A DNA stretch of 64,000 nt, taken from an uncultured Nitrososphaerota archaeon. GTDB lineage: Archaea; Thermoproteota; Nitrososphaeria; Nitrososphaerales; CADDZS01. The DNA is taken from contig CAWCYI010000004.1 in NCBI GenBank assembly GCA_963799845.1, forward strand, positions 1,504,001 to 1,568,000. Direction: 5' to 3'. A program made the position numbers and the translations under genes. Numbering within the stretch: position 1 is the stretch's first letter; each line of letters begins with the position of its first letter. This document shows, in pieces, positions 9,447 through 19,573 of the stretch. The notes beneath the pieces were generated by a model. It saw only the letters and a program-made list of their open reading frames with translations. It made no database searches and was not told the DNA's origin.

Positions 9447-10970
9447 TTGGCTCAAAATATGAAACCGCCAACTCTCGCCGAAATGCGTGAAATCTCAGAC
9501 GAACTGGGTTTTGGATTGAATGATAAAGATCTGGCCAGCTTCATTCTCTATTTGGAACGCGATGTCGTGCCAGTCTTCACCGAGCTCGAGGCGATGGAGG
9601 AGCCGAAGATGATTTCCGAAAATGCTGTGCGGGATTCCGGACATTTCCCAACTCTGGATGAGAACAAGTTTGGGGCATGGGCCTGGAAGTGCAGCATCAA
9701 AGGGAAAACACGAGGAGTGTTGTCGCGGAAGAAGATCGCTCTAAAGGACAACGTCTCTCTTGCGGGAGTACCGATGACAAATGGTACCGGCTCGATGAAA
9801 GATTACATTCCACAGATAGACGCCGAGGTGGTGAGGCGCATTATCGCGGCCGGTGGCGAAATCGTCGGGAAGGCAACGTGTGAGAATTTCTGCTGGACCG
9901 GAGGATCAAGCACATCGTTCCCGCAGCCGGTATTGAACCCGAATAATACAAAGTTCATGGCAGGCGGCTCTTCAAGCGGCAGCGGGGCGCTCGTCGCAGC
10001 GGGGGAAGTGGATATGGCGATCGGTTGTGATCAGGGAGGATCAATCCGCATCCCGAGTTCGTGGTGCGGCGTTTTCGGGTTGAAGCCGACGTACGGGCTT
10101 GTTCCTTACACCGGGATCGTCACGGGAGAGATGACCTTCGACCACGCGGGTCCGATGGCGTCGACGGTTGAAGACCTCGCGCTGCTACTGGAAGTTATTG
10201 CCGGCCGGGACGGATTTGATCCGAGGCAGGCGATGGCGGGAACTCCGGCGGAGACTCCGAAGTATTTCCAGAACCTAAAGCCCGACATGAATGGTCTGAA
10301 GGTAGGACTCGTCAGCGAGGGGTTTGGGTGGAAAGAGTCGGAGCCTGACGTTGATCTCGCTGTTAGGCGATCCGCGTCCAAGCTGGAAGAACTGGGAGCG
10401 AGGATGAGCGAGGTCTCGATTCCCATTCACAAAAAAGCCTCCACGATGATGCTCGGAATCGATATTGAAGGATCGTGGAGGGCGCTCCGCGACGGCTCGG
10501 TCAACTTTGGCACATTCGGCTACTACGACACGGAACTTGCTCACTTCATCGGCTCGCACCTAACGGGCGGCGGGGATTTCTCGCCGAATGCAAAACTCGT
10601 CGCAATCTTTGGGCAGTACCTGATAGAGAAATATCATTCAATATACTATGCAAAAGCGCAGAACCTGCGGCCGTCGGTCAGGAAGAAGTACAACGAGGCG
10701 CTGCAATCTTACGACCTGCTGGTGATGCCCACGACTCCGCAGAAAGCGCAGCCGTTCCCGGACGGGGAAAAAGATCTCGTGAATTTCATCACAAGCGGTT
10801 GGAACATGACTGCGAACGTTGCGCCGTTCGATTTCACGGGGCATCCGGCGTTAAACGTCCCGTGTGCAAGGTCAGGAGGCCTCCCGATCGGGATGATGAT
10901 TGTTGGAAGACACTTCGATGAGCAGACGATCCTCAATGCGGCGCTTGCTTTCGAAAAACTATCAAAGTAA
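9447..10970 (+). CDS. amidase (amidase-signature family)
   Basis: IALKDN, AGGSSSGSGA, GCDQGGSIRIPSSWCGVFGLKPT. Confidence 0.95.
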   Translation: MAQNMKPPTLAEMREISDELGFGLNDKDLASFILYLERDVVPVFTELEAMEEPKMISENAVRDSGHFPTLDENKFGAWAWKCSIKGKTRGVLSRKKIALKDNVSLAGVPMTNGTGSMKDYIPQIDAEVVRRIIAAGGEIVGKATCENFCWTGGSSTSFPQPVLNPNNTKFMAGGSSSGSGALVAAGEVDMAIGCDQGGSIRIPSSWCGVFGLKPTYGLVPYTGIVTGEMTFDHAGPMASTVEDLALLLEVIAGRDGFDPRQAMAGTPAETPKYFQNLKPDMNGLKVGLVSEGFGWKESEPDVDLAVRRSASKLEELGARMSEVSIPIHKKASTMMLGIDIEGSWRALRDGSVNFGTFGYYDTELAHFIGSHLTGGGDFSPNAKLVAIFGQYLIEKYHSIYYAKAQNLRPSVRKKYNEALQSYDLLVMPTTPQKAQPFPDGEKDLVNFITSGWNMTANVAPFDFTGHPALNVPCARSGGLPIGMMIVGRHFDEQTILNAALAFEKLSK

Positions 10971-10996
10971 GGAACGCCTGAACGGTTATCGGTGGC

Positions 10997-12432
10997 TGTT
11001 CTGTCCAGCCTTCGTCGGGTTTTGCGACGAATTACTAATTGAAACTTTAGAAATTCCAACAGGAATATGGCTTATTCTTTACCCATGGTTAAGCTCCTTC
11101 AAACGTTCAATTTTTATTACGTCCTTGGCTGTTCATCAATCTCTCAAACGGAAGTGTCAAGAATATAGTCTTCGCCCTGAAGTCTGTAAGACAGCCACTA
11201 TCCAGTCCAGCGCCGCAGTTACTGGAATTGATGAATGAATTCAGATCGATGGTTAACAACTGCATTAAGATCGGTCTCGAAACTAACGCTTCCTCGTTGA
11301 AGAGACTATCTTTGCTTGCTTACTCCACAATGAAACGAGAGTATCCCACCGTCCCTTCCTATTACAGGTTGACCGCAATTTCAAAAGCTGCTGGCATTCT
11401 TTCGTCCGGAAGGAAGTCGGAACGGAGGGGAGTAACGACGAAGGACCCTCGTCTCAAGAAGCCGCTTCTGGTATCCTGCTATCACTTCAGGATCAAAGAT
11501 CACACCCTCTCTTTTCGAATATCCAGGAAAGATAAGGTTGTGAAAATTCCGCTCACGAGCCACACAGTCGAGAAAATCGAAAAAGGAGGGATCGAAGTGA
11601 GGTCGTTCACCCTGACTCCGACCAGCCTTTCATTGTCGATCAGAAAGGAAATTGCATCTTTCAAACCTGAATGTTTCCTCGGCATCGACAGAAATGCATC
11701 GAATGTTACTTGCGGGAACATGGAAAAGGCGGTTCAATTCGACATGAAGAAAGTCGAGGAAATTGCAAAAACGACAAGGGATGTGATGAGGTCCTTCAAG
11801 CGAAACGATGTCAGGATAAGAAAACTCCTAGCATCAAAGTACGGAAGACGGAGGTCAGAAAGGGTAAATCAGATTCTCCACAAAGTTTCAAAGAACATTG
11901 TAAATCTAGCGAAAAATAGCCGCGGAGGAATCGTGCTTGAACAAATTGACGGACTGCGAAACTTGTACAGAAAAGGGAATTATCAGGGCAAGAACTTTCG
12001 TGCCAGGATGAATTCCGTACCTTGGTACGAAATCAAGAGGCGTATAGAATACAAGGCGGCATGGGAAGGAATTCCAGTTATTCAGTTAACTAAAGGAGAG
12101 ACCAGAGGTACTTCAAAGCTCTGTCCAATATGCGGGGGAGAGACTCCTAGAGGACAGATTCAGTAGAGTACACCGACGAGAGCTCTGGTGTGTAAAGTGT
12201 GAGAGATGGCTCGACAGGGACGTCGTTGCTGTCATGAACATCTCTCACAGAGGCTGGCTGAGGTTCGTCCAGTCTAACAAGAAAGGGGAAGTAGGTGAAG
12301 CGATGGTACAGGAACGAGAACATCCTGATGAGCCTCTAATCCTGAAAGTCGATGCTTCCAAGTTGAGTCGTCATTGGGGAGATAAGTTATTAACGGAGCT
12401 TCTTATTCATCCGACGAAGACAAAACAGAACC
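10997..12432 (+). mobile_element. non-autonomous tnpB element with IS6-like terminal inverted repeats
   Basis: left end (t)gttctgtccagccttcgtcgg vs reverse complement of right end ggttctgttttgtcttcgtcgg; flanks tcggtggc (10989-10996) and tcggtacc (12433-12440) match 6/8. Confidence 0.75.
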
Positions 12433-12452
12433 TCGGTACCACAAATCCATAA
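11228..12452 (+). CDS. tnpB: RNA-guided endonuclease TnpB (frameshift in G-run near 12138)
   Basis: RuvC I GIDRN, RuvC II VLEQI, CPICG zinc finger; the shifted frame gives WCVKC..DRDVVAVMNI (RuvC III). Confidence 0.88.
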
Positions 12453-12803
12453 CAGTCATTATCAAACGACGCATAAATCGCAAAACTAGAGAGCGTGAAT
12501 CAACATACCAGTCTTTCCAATCGACAGCACTCTGGTTCTCGCACTCGTTCTGATTGCAGCCGTGATCATATTTTCAATTCTGATACGATCCTATCACAAA
12601 CAAAAAGCCCCGAAGGATCCGATGATTGTCCCCCGCGAGGAAACTGAATCTACTCCTACAGCCAGTTAATCGCCTCTTTGGACACTAATTCACTTTCCGG
12701 GCACGATCCGATGAAGTAAAATTCCGTTATTTCAAGCTTAAATGATAGGGATTATTCTGGAATTTGGAAAACCTTAATCATTAACAAAACTACTGAGGTT
12801 CGG

Positions 12804-15419
12804 ATGGACGATAAGAAAACGCGGCTTTCGACCGACCTTGATCATGATCTGAAACTGGGCCGCGAGATCGTCGAGCTTGACGGATCTTCGCTGAATGTTT
12901 CGCGGGACGGGACTCCGATAACCGAAATAAAACTGGCGGACATCAAGCAGGCAAGAATCGAAGAGGGCATCGGAATCGCGAGGCTGGTTGTGGAGACCAA
13001 CGACGGAACGGTGAGAGATGTAGCTTTTTTCACCAAGAAGAAAATTCGACAGTTCCGCGTTCTTACAAATATAATCAACAACCACATGGCGGGGAAAGAC
13101 GTTCCGCCAATCCTGGACGAGGACGAAACGCCGGCCCGGTACAACAGGGCGAGTACTCTCCGGTGGCTGCTTGAATTCATGCGGCCGTACAAGACAAAGT
13201 TGCTTCTGGGAATTGCGTTTTCCGTGTTGCTCGCGGGGTTCAATCTGGTCCCGCCCTACCTGCTCCAGATTCTCATCGACAGCGTCCTGCTTTCAAAGAC
13301 CCCAACGCATGGGCTGTTCATCGAACTCACCCTGGTGCTTCTCAGTTCGTTTGGCATCATCACGGTGCTCACGGTTCTGCAGGGGTACTTTCTGAACACG
13401 CTGGGGCAGCGCGTTGTCAACAACCTCAGGGGCAGTGTGTACGAGCACGCGATCAGCCTGCCGACCTCGTTCATAGAGAGGATGACCACCGGGAGGATCC
13501 TCTCGAGGCTGACTAACGACGTGGGGAACACTCAGTGGTTGATGGTCTGGGGGCTGCCCACGCTGACCGTGAACATACTGACGCTGATCGGGATTGGGGT
13601 CATACTCTTCATACTCGACGCGGGCCTCGCGGTATTTGTCCTCGTGCCGGTTCCGTTCATCATCTACGCGCTGATAAGGTACAGAAAGGGCTCGTTCATG
13701 GTCTACCACAGAAACTGGCGGAGGAGCGCGGACGTGACGGCGATGATAACAGATACTGTGCCTGCGTACCAGGTGATAAAGTCCTTTGTTAGAGAGGGGC
13801 GGGAGGCGGGCAGGCTCGACGAGAATTTAGACAAGTTGTACACGGCGCAGGTTGATGCCGTAAAAATGAACCTCTACTACTGGCCGGCCCTCGGTTTTCT
13901 CACCTCGCTCGCGACCGTTGCGATCTGGTGGGTGGGCGGAAATCAGGTAATCCTCGGTGGGATCCAGCTTGGGATCGTTACTGCTTTCGTCGCCTACCTT
14001 GCGCTGTTTTACACTCCGATCAACAACCTCAGCAACATCGTTCCCTTCATACAGCAGGGGATCACTTCCGGCGACCGGCTGCGGGAGATAATCGACGCGA
14101 AACCGGAGGTGCAGACAAAGCCGGACGCGGTGAGCCCGAAGGACCTCGGAGGGGACATTGTTTTCGAGAACGTGGTGTTCGGCTACGAACCGTACAACCC
14201 GGTGATCAAGGATTTCAATCTGAAGATTCCCAGGGGGCAGCGGATTGCGATAGTCGGGAGGAGCGGATCGGGAAAGACCTCGATCTCGAGGCTTTTGATG
14301 AGATTTTACGACGTCAACAGCGGCTCCATAAAGATCGGCGGCGTTGACATCAGGGACATTGACCTGGATTACCTGAGGAGCAAGATCGCCTACGTTCTTC
14401 AGGACGTGGTACTGTTTGACAACACCGTCTCATACAACGTGGGCTACGGGGTGCCGGCGCCGAACGAAAGAGAAATCGGCCCGCTGGACGTTCTGCACTC
14501 GTGCAAGGCGGCCGGGATTCACAAGGAAATTATGGCGCTCCAGCTCGCTTACGACACGAACCTCGGCGAGAAGGGATCGACGCTATCGGGCGGGCAGCGG
14601 CAGCGGCTGTCGCTCGCCAGGGCGATAATCAAAAAGCCGGACATTTTCATCCTCGACGAAGCGACGTCGGATCTTGACGTTCAGAGCGAGCGGGAGATCT
14701 ACCGAAGGATGCTGAAGCTCGCCGACGGGAAGACGACGATACTCGTCACGCACAACATGTACGAAGCGCTCAGCGTCGACAACGCGGTAATAATGAGCAA
14801 CGGGCAAATCATCGAGCAGGGGAACCCGAAGCAGCTCCTCGCTGCGGGCGGGCAGTTTTCAGCGATGTTCAAGGAGTTCAACGGCGAGATCCCGTTCGAG
14901 ATCGAGGACGACCTCTCCAAGACTGATCTCGGGGACGTCTCGGTCAAGTTACCATCCGCGGAACTCTCGAAACTTCGGATAACGAAGAGTGAGAGGATCA
15001 GCGAGGTGAATTACAGCGACGGCGAGAAGACGTGGCCAAACCTCACGTCGAGGCTGCCGTTTCCGCTGAGCCAGCCGCAGATAATCATCCTGGAAAATCA
15101 GTCTGGCGAGGAGGTGGTCACGATCTTTGACACAGAGCAGCTGGAAGGCGAATCGAGGGAGACGCTCAAGAAAGCGTCGCGGGCTAACAGCTTCATCCTG
15201 AAGGTGGATGGTATCAACAAGGTTGTCGTGAGGGGAGACGAGCTCGAGTGGCACGTCACCACGGATGACGGCCAGACCGTGGTGAATACGCGTGGGAGGC
15301 GAAACGTTGTGGTGATGAACGACAAGGTGATACTGATCGATCCGCTCGACAACATCTCCGAGATCGATCTGAAGAAGATCGACAGGAAGAGTTTGCGAGT
15401 GCTCAACAAGACGGTATGA
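12804..15419 (+). CDS. ABC exporter (permease + ATPase) with N-terminal PH-like extension and C-terminal DUF1854-like domain
   Basis: 6-TM domain, GRSGSGKT, LSGGQRQR, ILDEATS; C-terminal PFPLSQP..WHVTTDDG..VILID resembles DUF1854. Confidence 0.88.
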   Translation: MDDKKTRLSTDLDHDLKLGREIVELDGSSLNVSRDGTPITEIKLADIKQARIEEGIGIARLVVETNDGTVRDVAFFTKKKIRQFRVLTNIINNHMAGKDVPPILDEDETPARYNRASTLRWLLEFMRPYKTKLLLGIAFSVLLAGFNLVPPYLLQILIDSVLLSKTPTHGLFIELTLVLLSSFGIITVLTVLQGYFLNTLGQRVVNNLRGSVYEHAISLPTSFIERMTTGRILSRLTNDVGNTQWLMVWGLPTLTVNILTLIGIGVILFILDAGLAVFVLVPVPFIIYALIRYRKGSFMVYHRNWRRSADVTAMITDTVPAYQVIKSFVREGREAGRLDENLDKLYTAQVDAVKMNLYYWPALGFLTSLATVAIWWVGGNQVILGGIQLGIVTAFVAYLALFYTPINNLSNIVPFIQQGITSGDRLREIIDAKPEVQTKPDAVSPKDLGGDIVFENVVFGYEPYNPVIKDFNLKIPRGQRIAIVGRSGSGKTSISRLLMRFYDVNSGSIKIGGVDIRDIDLDYLRSKIAYVLQDVVLFDNTVSYNVGYGVPAPNEREIGPLDVLHSCKAAGIHKEIMALQLAYDTNLGEKGSTLSGGQRQRLSLARAIIKKPDIFILDEATSDLDVQSEREIYRRMLKLADGKTTILVTHNMYEALSVDNAVIMSNGQIIEQGNPKQLLAAGGQFSAMFKEFNGEIPFEIEDDLSKTDLGDVSVKLPSAELSKLRITKSERISEVNYSDGEKTWPNLTSRLPFPLSQPQIIILENQSGEEVVTIFDTEQLEGESRETLKKASRANSFILKVDGINKVVVRGDELEWHVTTDDGQTVVNTRGRRNVVVMNDKVILIDPLDNISEIDLKKIDRKSLRVLNKTV

Positions 15420-15746
15420 TGAACTCAACGTTTCGAGCTCTGCATTGCTGGATTGCTGGAAGATCTTGAAACGAGCTGGTAGAAAGCAATCTGCTGAGTA
15501 CACGTGCACGGATGCAGAACTCCGCTAGGGGGCCCCTCTTTACATGTTAGTCTGAAACGAGCTCTCCCGTCAAAACGTACGCGCGCGTGTGAAAAGAAGA
15601 GAGAAAATTCAGATCTGCAGTGTAAAACTCCCGAGCAACGAAATGAAATATCGGAACGAAATTTCCCGAATATCCTCGAAAACTCGAAAATCCAGTACGA
15701 AACGATCAACATTAGAACGCTTTGTGCGTCCGTTCAATGCGTTCTG

Positions 15747-15810
15747 AGCTCTCTAAGCTCCGTTCAGCTTGAAACGAGCTCTTCTGAGCTTACAGAGCTT
15801 GAACGTAGCT
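15747..15810. repeat. seven AGCT sites phased at about 10-bp intervals (includes a 30-bp-spaced repeat agcttgaaNNNagctcttc)
   Basis: AGCT starts at 15747, 15756, 15766, 15777, 15787, 15796, 15807. Confidence 0.7.
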
Positions 15811-15899
15811 CTTCACTCAGAAAACACGCGCGGTTGCGAAACTACAGAATTTTTTTCTTTATGAATCATTGGGAACTAGTATATGAAGACTGTATGGTT

Positions 15900-16466
15900 T
15901 TATCCAGTTTTCCATTCATCCTTCAGCAATCCAAAGTAGAGCTGGTCCTCGAAGCGATCGCAGAAGTCGACGCGCTGGCGGAGATTTCCCTCGTACGAAA
16001 AGCCGAGTTTGAGCAGCAGACTCTTTGACGGAATATTCTTCGCGAGTGGACACGCTTCGATCCGTTGCAACTTCAGTTCGTTGAATCCCCAGGTCAGGAT
16101 CGCGGAGACTGCCTCGATCATGATGCCCTGCCTCCAGTACTTTCGACCCAGTTCGTAACCAAGTTCGGCGTAGCGGAGGTCTTCTTGGAAATTCCAGAAA
16201 CAGCATGAGCCGATGACCGTGTCTTCTCACTTTAGCGTGATGCACCACAGTATTGCATCGCGGCGATCGTATGAAGTTTGCAATCGCTGAATAAATGCTC
16301 GGGTGTCTTCGCGCAACTTGTGCGGTTCCTGTCCGTATGGTTCTGTAACCTCGTGATCGGACTTTATTGCAAAGAATGCGTCTTCGTCAATTGGCTGAAT
16401 CTGGCGGAGCCGTATTCGATTTGTGGTGAGGACGGGAAAGTGGGTAAACGCTTCATCGAAATTCAT
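15900..16466 (-). pseudogene. RimJ/RimL-family GNAT acetyltransferase with one in-frame TGA at 16227-16229
   Basis: FPVLTTNRIRLR...WCITLK*EDTVIGSCCF..AELGYELGRKYWRQG..LKLGFSYEG, all in one frame. Confidence 0.85.
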
Positions 16467-16765
16467 GGTACCGACTTTCGCGTTAGAATCGTAAAAATAA
16501 TTCGCATTCTGGTCTATGATTGTCGGATATTCCAGATTATCTCAATGAGGGTTTCGGGGCTTGCATATGTGCGAATCCGAGTGCGAAGAATTGGAGCGGC
16601 TGACGTACCTGATTGTCGGAAAGGTGGGGCCTAGGGTCTTAATTCGATATAATGCGCTCAGGGACAGGCTCAGAGCCAAGTATGAAAAACGAGAATCATA
16701 ACCAAAGGATGATTGACGGAAGATTCTAGCGAATGTTCTATTAGCAACCTCTGAATTTCTCATTT

Positions 16766-16888
16766 ATGATGTCCACAACAAGGACTGGAAAATGTCCAAA
16801 GTGCGGCGGAAAAATGTTCGAGGGCGTTTGTACCATTTGCCGCTACTCTGTGAAGACGGCATTGACGAAGCATGAAGCTGAAAGATAA
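16766..16888 (+). CDS. 40-aa CPxCG zinc-finger microprotein
   Basis: MMSTTRTGKCPKCGGKMFEGVCTICRYSVKTALTKHEAER; below the ORF-track cutoff. Confidence 0.55.
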   Translation: MMSTTRTGKCPKCGGKMFEGVCTICRYSVKTALTKHEAER

Positions 16889-16908
16889 CACTACCTCGGG
16901 CTAGGGAA

Positions 16909-17223
16909 TCAACTTTCAAATGTATCGACTTCAACGACGTGAAGAGTTACCTCATCGTCGAATGAACTGAATAGTGCTTGAGCCTCCGGTTCAACAACCG
17001 CCTTGGTCAGACTGGGTCCAGCAAAAAACACAATCGCTTCCATAGAATCCCAGAATGTTAGGACCGTTATCTCCACATCGGCACCATCCATCCGGCTGAG
17101 TACCAGTGCACCGCGATGACACGAAATCGTCCGCAATTTTGGCGTCAGGGTATCTTTGAAAAAGGAAAAGTAAGCCTGCGCATCACTGGAGGACGCTCTT
17201 GCCGTAAAGCGACGTACTATCAC
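16909..17223 (-). CDS. antibiotic biosynthesis monooxygenase-like (dimeric alpha/beta barrel) protein
   Basis: VLTFWDSMEAI..FAG..AVVEPEA motif. Confidence 0.75.
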   Translation of the reverse strand: MIVRRFTARASSSDAQAYFSFFKDTLTPKLRTISCHRGALVLSRMDGADVEITVLTFWDSMEAIVFFAGPSLTKAVVEPEAQALFSSFDDEVTLHVVEVDTFES

Positions 17224-17392
17224 ATCGGTTCACGCTTTCAGATGTTCAGGGCTCTCCCTTCTGTATCTTTTTCTTGAGTTCAACCGAATTAGATTTATTT
17301 CCACCGTGCCCCAAGCCTGCGATATTTGATAATCTCGGTTTCTGGTTCAATTGTACAGAGGTTCTTTTTCAATCGCTTCGTCGATCCAACTT

Positions 17393-18589
17393 TTACGAAA
17401 AGCGTGATGGACCGAGCGAAGGTCTCAACTCGTCGAGATAATTTTGGCCGTTTATCATCGACTTGATCATGAACGCTGTCGCCGGAGCGAGTGTCACTCC
17501 CAGTCTGCAGTTACCGGATGCTACATACGCGTTCTCGTACCCGGGGATCGCGCCCACCAGCGGGAATTGATCAGGCGTGCATGGTCGGAAGCCTATACCC
17601 TCGTCAACGACATTTAGCGGACTCAGGTCGATTACGTGTTTTCTCGTGACATCGAAGAGCCACTTCCTCCTTGACGCTCCATACTCTTTCTTGAACCCAA
17701 CCATATCGAAGAAACTCGTCACGCGAAGCATCGATTCATTATGCTGCGCGATAGCAATGCCGTAATCTTCGAGCAAGAGTGGTCTTCTGACCAGAGTCTT
17801 GCCACCGGTATCAAATATCATAGCGAGACCACTCGCGGGGAGTATCTTTGCATCATAGTGGAGCTTTGAGCAAAGCGGTCGTGTCCATGAGCCAGCGGTG
17901 ACTATTATCTTATCACAATCAACGCGCTTACCATCGATCAGGGCAACAGCTCGTCCGGGAGAATTTACATCCCTTTCAAGACTTGCCTCTTTACCCGAAA
18001 TCATCTGGACTCCCATCTTGGAGACTCGCTCGGAAAGCTGGGCGACAAGTTTCCTCGGGTTGATTGAGATCTCGCCGCCGAGCTCCACGCCGCCGTCGAG
18101 ACCGCGGAGACCAAGTTGATCGATCTCACTTTTTCCCACGAACCTGCCTCCAAACTTTTCAGCGAAGCTCTTTGCGTGCTCTGCTTTTGCGTACAGACCG
18201 AGAACGCCAGGGATTATGTCCGGGTTTAGATTTTCGGTCTTGAAAAATTCGTGATATAGCTCGAGGCTCGCGTTGCCGAATTTTATCGTCCTTTCCTCAA
18301 AGCCGGTCAAGCCCTTTCGAAGCGATGTCCAGTACCACGACGGATTGCGCAGGACCTGACCGAGAGAAAAGTAAAGGGCGCCTCTCCTCGTGATAGCGCT
18401 TGAGAGCAGCATTCCCAGACCGAGCTGGGGAGTGGGGGCAAACGAGGGAGTGAGCAGGCCGGCGTTGTAAACGGAAGCTTCCTTTACCACGTTGTCCCGT
18501 TCAATCACCGTGACTTCATGCGAATCTTTCCTGAGGTAATAGGCCATGAATAGCCCCGTCACTCCTCCGCCAAGAATGGCGACCCGCAA
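17393..18589 (-). CDS. FAD-dependent D-amino acid dehydrogenase family protein (DadA-like)
   Basis: GGGVTG Rossmann motif, ASVYNAG, GFRPCTPD.PLVG, SGNCRLGVTLAPATA. Confidence 0.88.
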   Translation of the reverse strand: MRVAILGGGVTGLFMAYYLRKDSHEVTVIERDNVVKEASVYNAGLLTPSFAPTPQLGLGMLLSSAITRRGALYFSLGQVLRNPSWYWTSLRKGLTGFEERTIKFGNASLELYHEFFKTENLNPDIIPGVLGLYAKAEHAKSFAEKFGGRFVGKSEIDQLGLRGLDGGVELGGEISINPRKLVAQLSERVSKMGVQMISGKEASLERDVNSPGRAVALIDGKRVDCDKIIVTAGSWTRPLCSKLHYDAKILPASGLAMIFDTGGKTLVRRPLLLEDYGIAIAQHNESMLRVTSFFDMVGFKKEYGASRRKWLFDVTRKHVIDLSPLNVVDEGIGFRPCTPDQFPLVGAIPGYENAYVASGNCRLGVTLAPATAFMIKSMINGQNYLDELRPSLGPSRFS

Positions 18590-18608
18590 GTAAGTCTTCT
18601 CTGCGGAT

Positions 18609-19490
18609 TTACATCTTCAGCTGCGCTAGTAGTTCTTTGAGTCGTTTTTCTTCCCTCGAGTTCAGAGGCATTAGCGGACTGCGCGTCATGCCGACTTTTT
18701 TGCCCGCCATGTTTAGAGCGACCTTTGAAATCTGCGGGAATTTGCCGGTGTCTTCGAGGAAGTTCAGCACGGGCAAAATTTTCTCGTAGAGAGCTTTCGC
18801 TTCCTTCAGCTTGCCGGCTTTGTAAAGCCGATAAATTTCCGAAGTCTCGAAAGGCAGAAAGTTGGAGGCGACGCAGATGAATCCGGTCGCGCCCATGAGG
18901 TAGGACTCCAGCGCCATGTTGTCTCCCCCGCAAAAAACGGTCATCCGATCGTTCGTCAGTTTCCTGATCTTCCACACCCTGGTAATGTCTCCGCTGCTCT
19001 CCTTGACGTACTTGATGTTCTCGAACTCGGACAGACGCGCGATCAAATCCGGGAGCATGTCAACTTTGGAAGTTGCGGGGTTGTTGTAGACCATGACGGG
19101 TATGTGGACTGCATCCGAGATAGACCTGTAGTGGTTGATGATGCCTTCTTCAGTTGGCTTGTGGTAATACGGCGGTACTACAACCACGCCATCCGCACCG
19201 ACTTTTTCCGCGTACCTTGTAAGGGCGACTGCCTGTTTCGTAGCGCATGCGGCCGTGCCTGCGAGCACCGGGACTCGCTTGTTTACGTGTGAGACGACCG
19301 TTTCAATGATTTTCATGTGTTCTTCGGGAGTGAGGTACGCAAATTCTCCGGTGCTCCCTCCGACGAAGATTCCGTCGATTTTGCTTGCGATGAAGTAATC
19401 AACGAGCTCTCTCAAGGCGGTGACGTTAACTTGATCTGATTCGTCGAACGGCGTGACATTTACTACAAAAGTCCCTTCGAGTTTTGCCAT
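18609..19490 (-). CDS. dihydrodipicolinate synthase-family (DapA-like) aldolase/deaminase
   Basis: VTPF, GGSTGEF, PPYY, YNNP, catalytic K in YVKESS; start taken at MAKLEG. Confidence 0.9.
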   Translation of the reverse strand: MAKLEGTFVVNVTPFDESDQVNVTALRELVDYFIASKIDGIFVGGSTGEFAYLTPEEHMKIIETVVSHVNKRVPVLAGTAACATKQAVALTRYAEKVGADGVVVVPPYYHKPTEEGIINHYRSISDAVHIPVMVYNNPATSKVDMLPDLIARLSEFENIKYVKESSGDITRVWKIRKLTNDRMTVFCGGDNMALESYLMGATGFICVASNFLPFETSEIYRLYKAGKLKEAKALYEKILPVLNFLEDTGKFPQISKVALNMAGKKVGMTRSPLMPLNSREEKRLKELLAQLKM

Positions 19491-19573
19491 TTTGTCCACA
19501 GAATGGATAATGCTGCCAGAGAAAGGTAATTTGATATTTGCGGAGACTCGTAGGGGCCAAGTTGATTGCAAGA

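Noticed and set aside
6563-15509. Numerous antisense and alternate-frame ORFs inside the SBP, amidase and ABC genes
   Set aside because: Shadow ORFs of GC-rich coding sequence that overlap well-supported genes.
15504-16028. 174-aa + strand ORF
   Set aside because: Low-complexity translation that overlaps the GNAT gene on the opposite strand; no recognisable motif.
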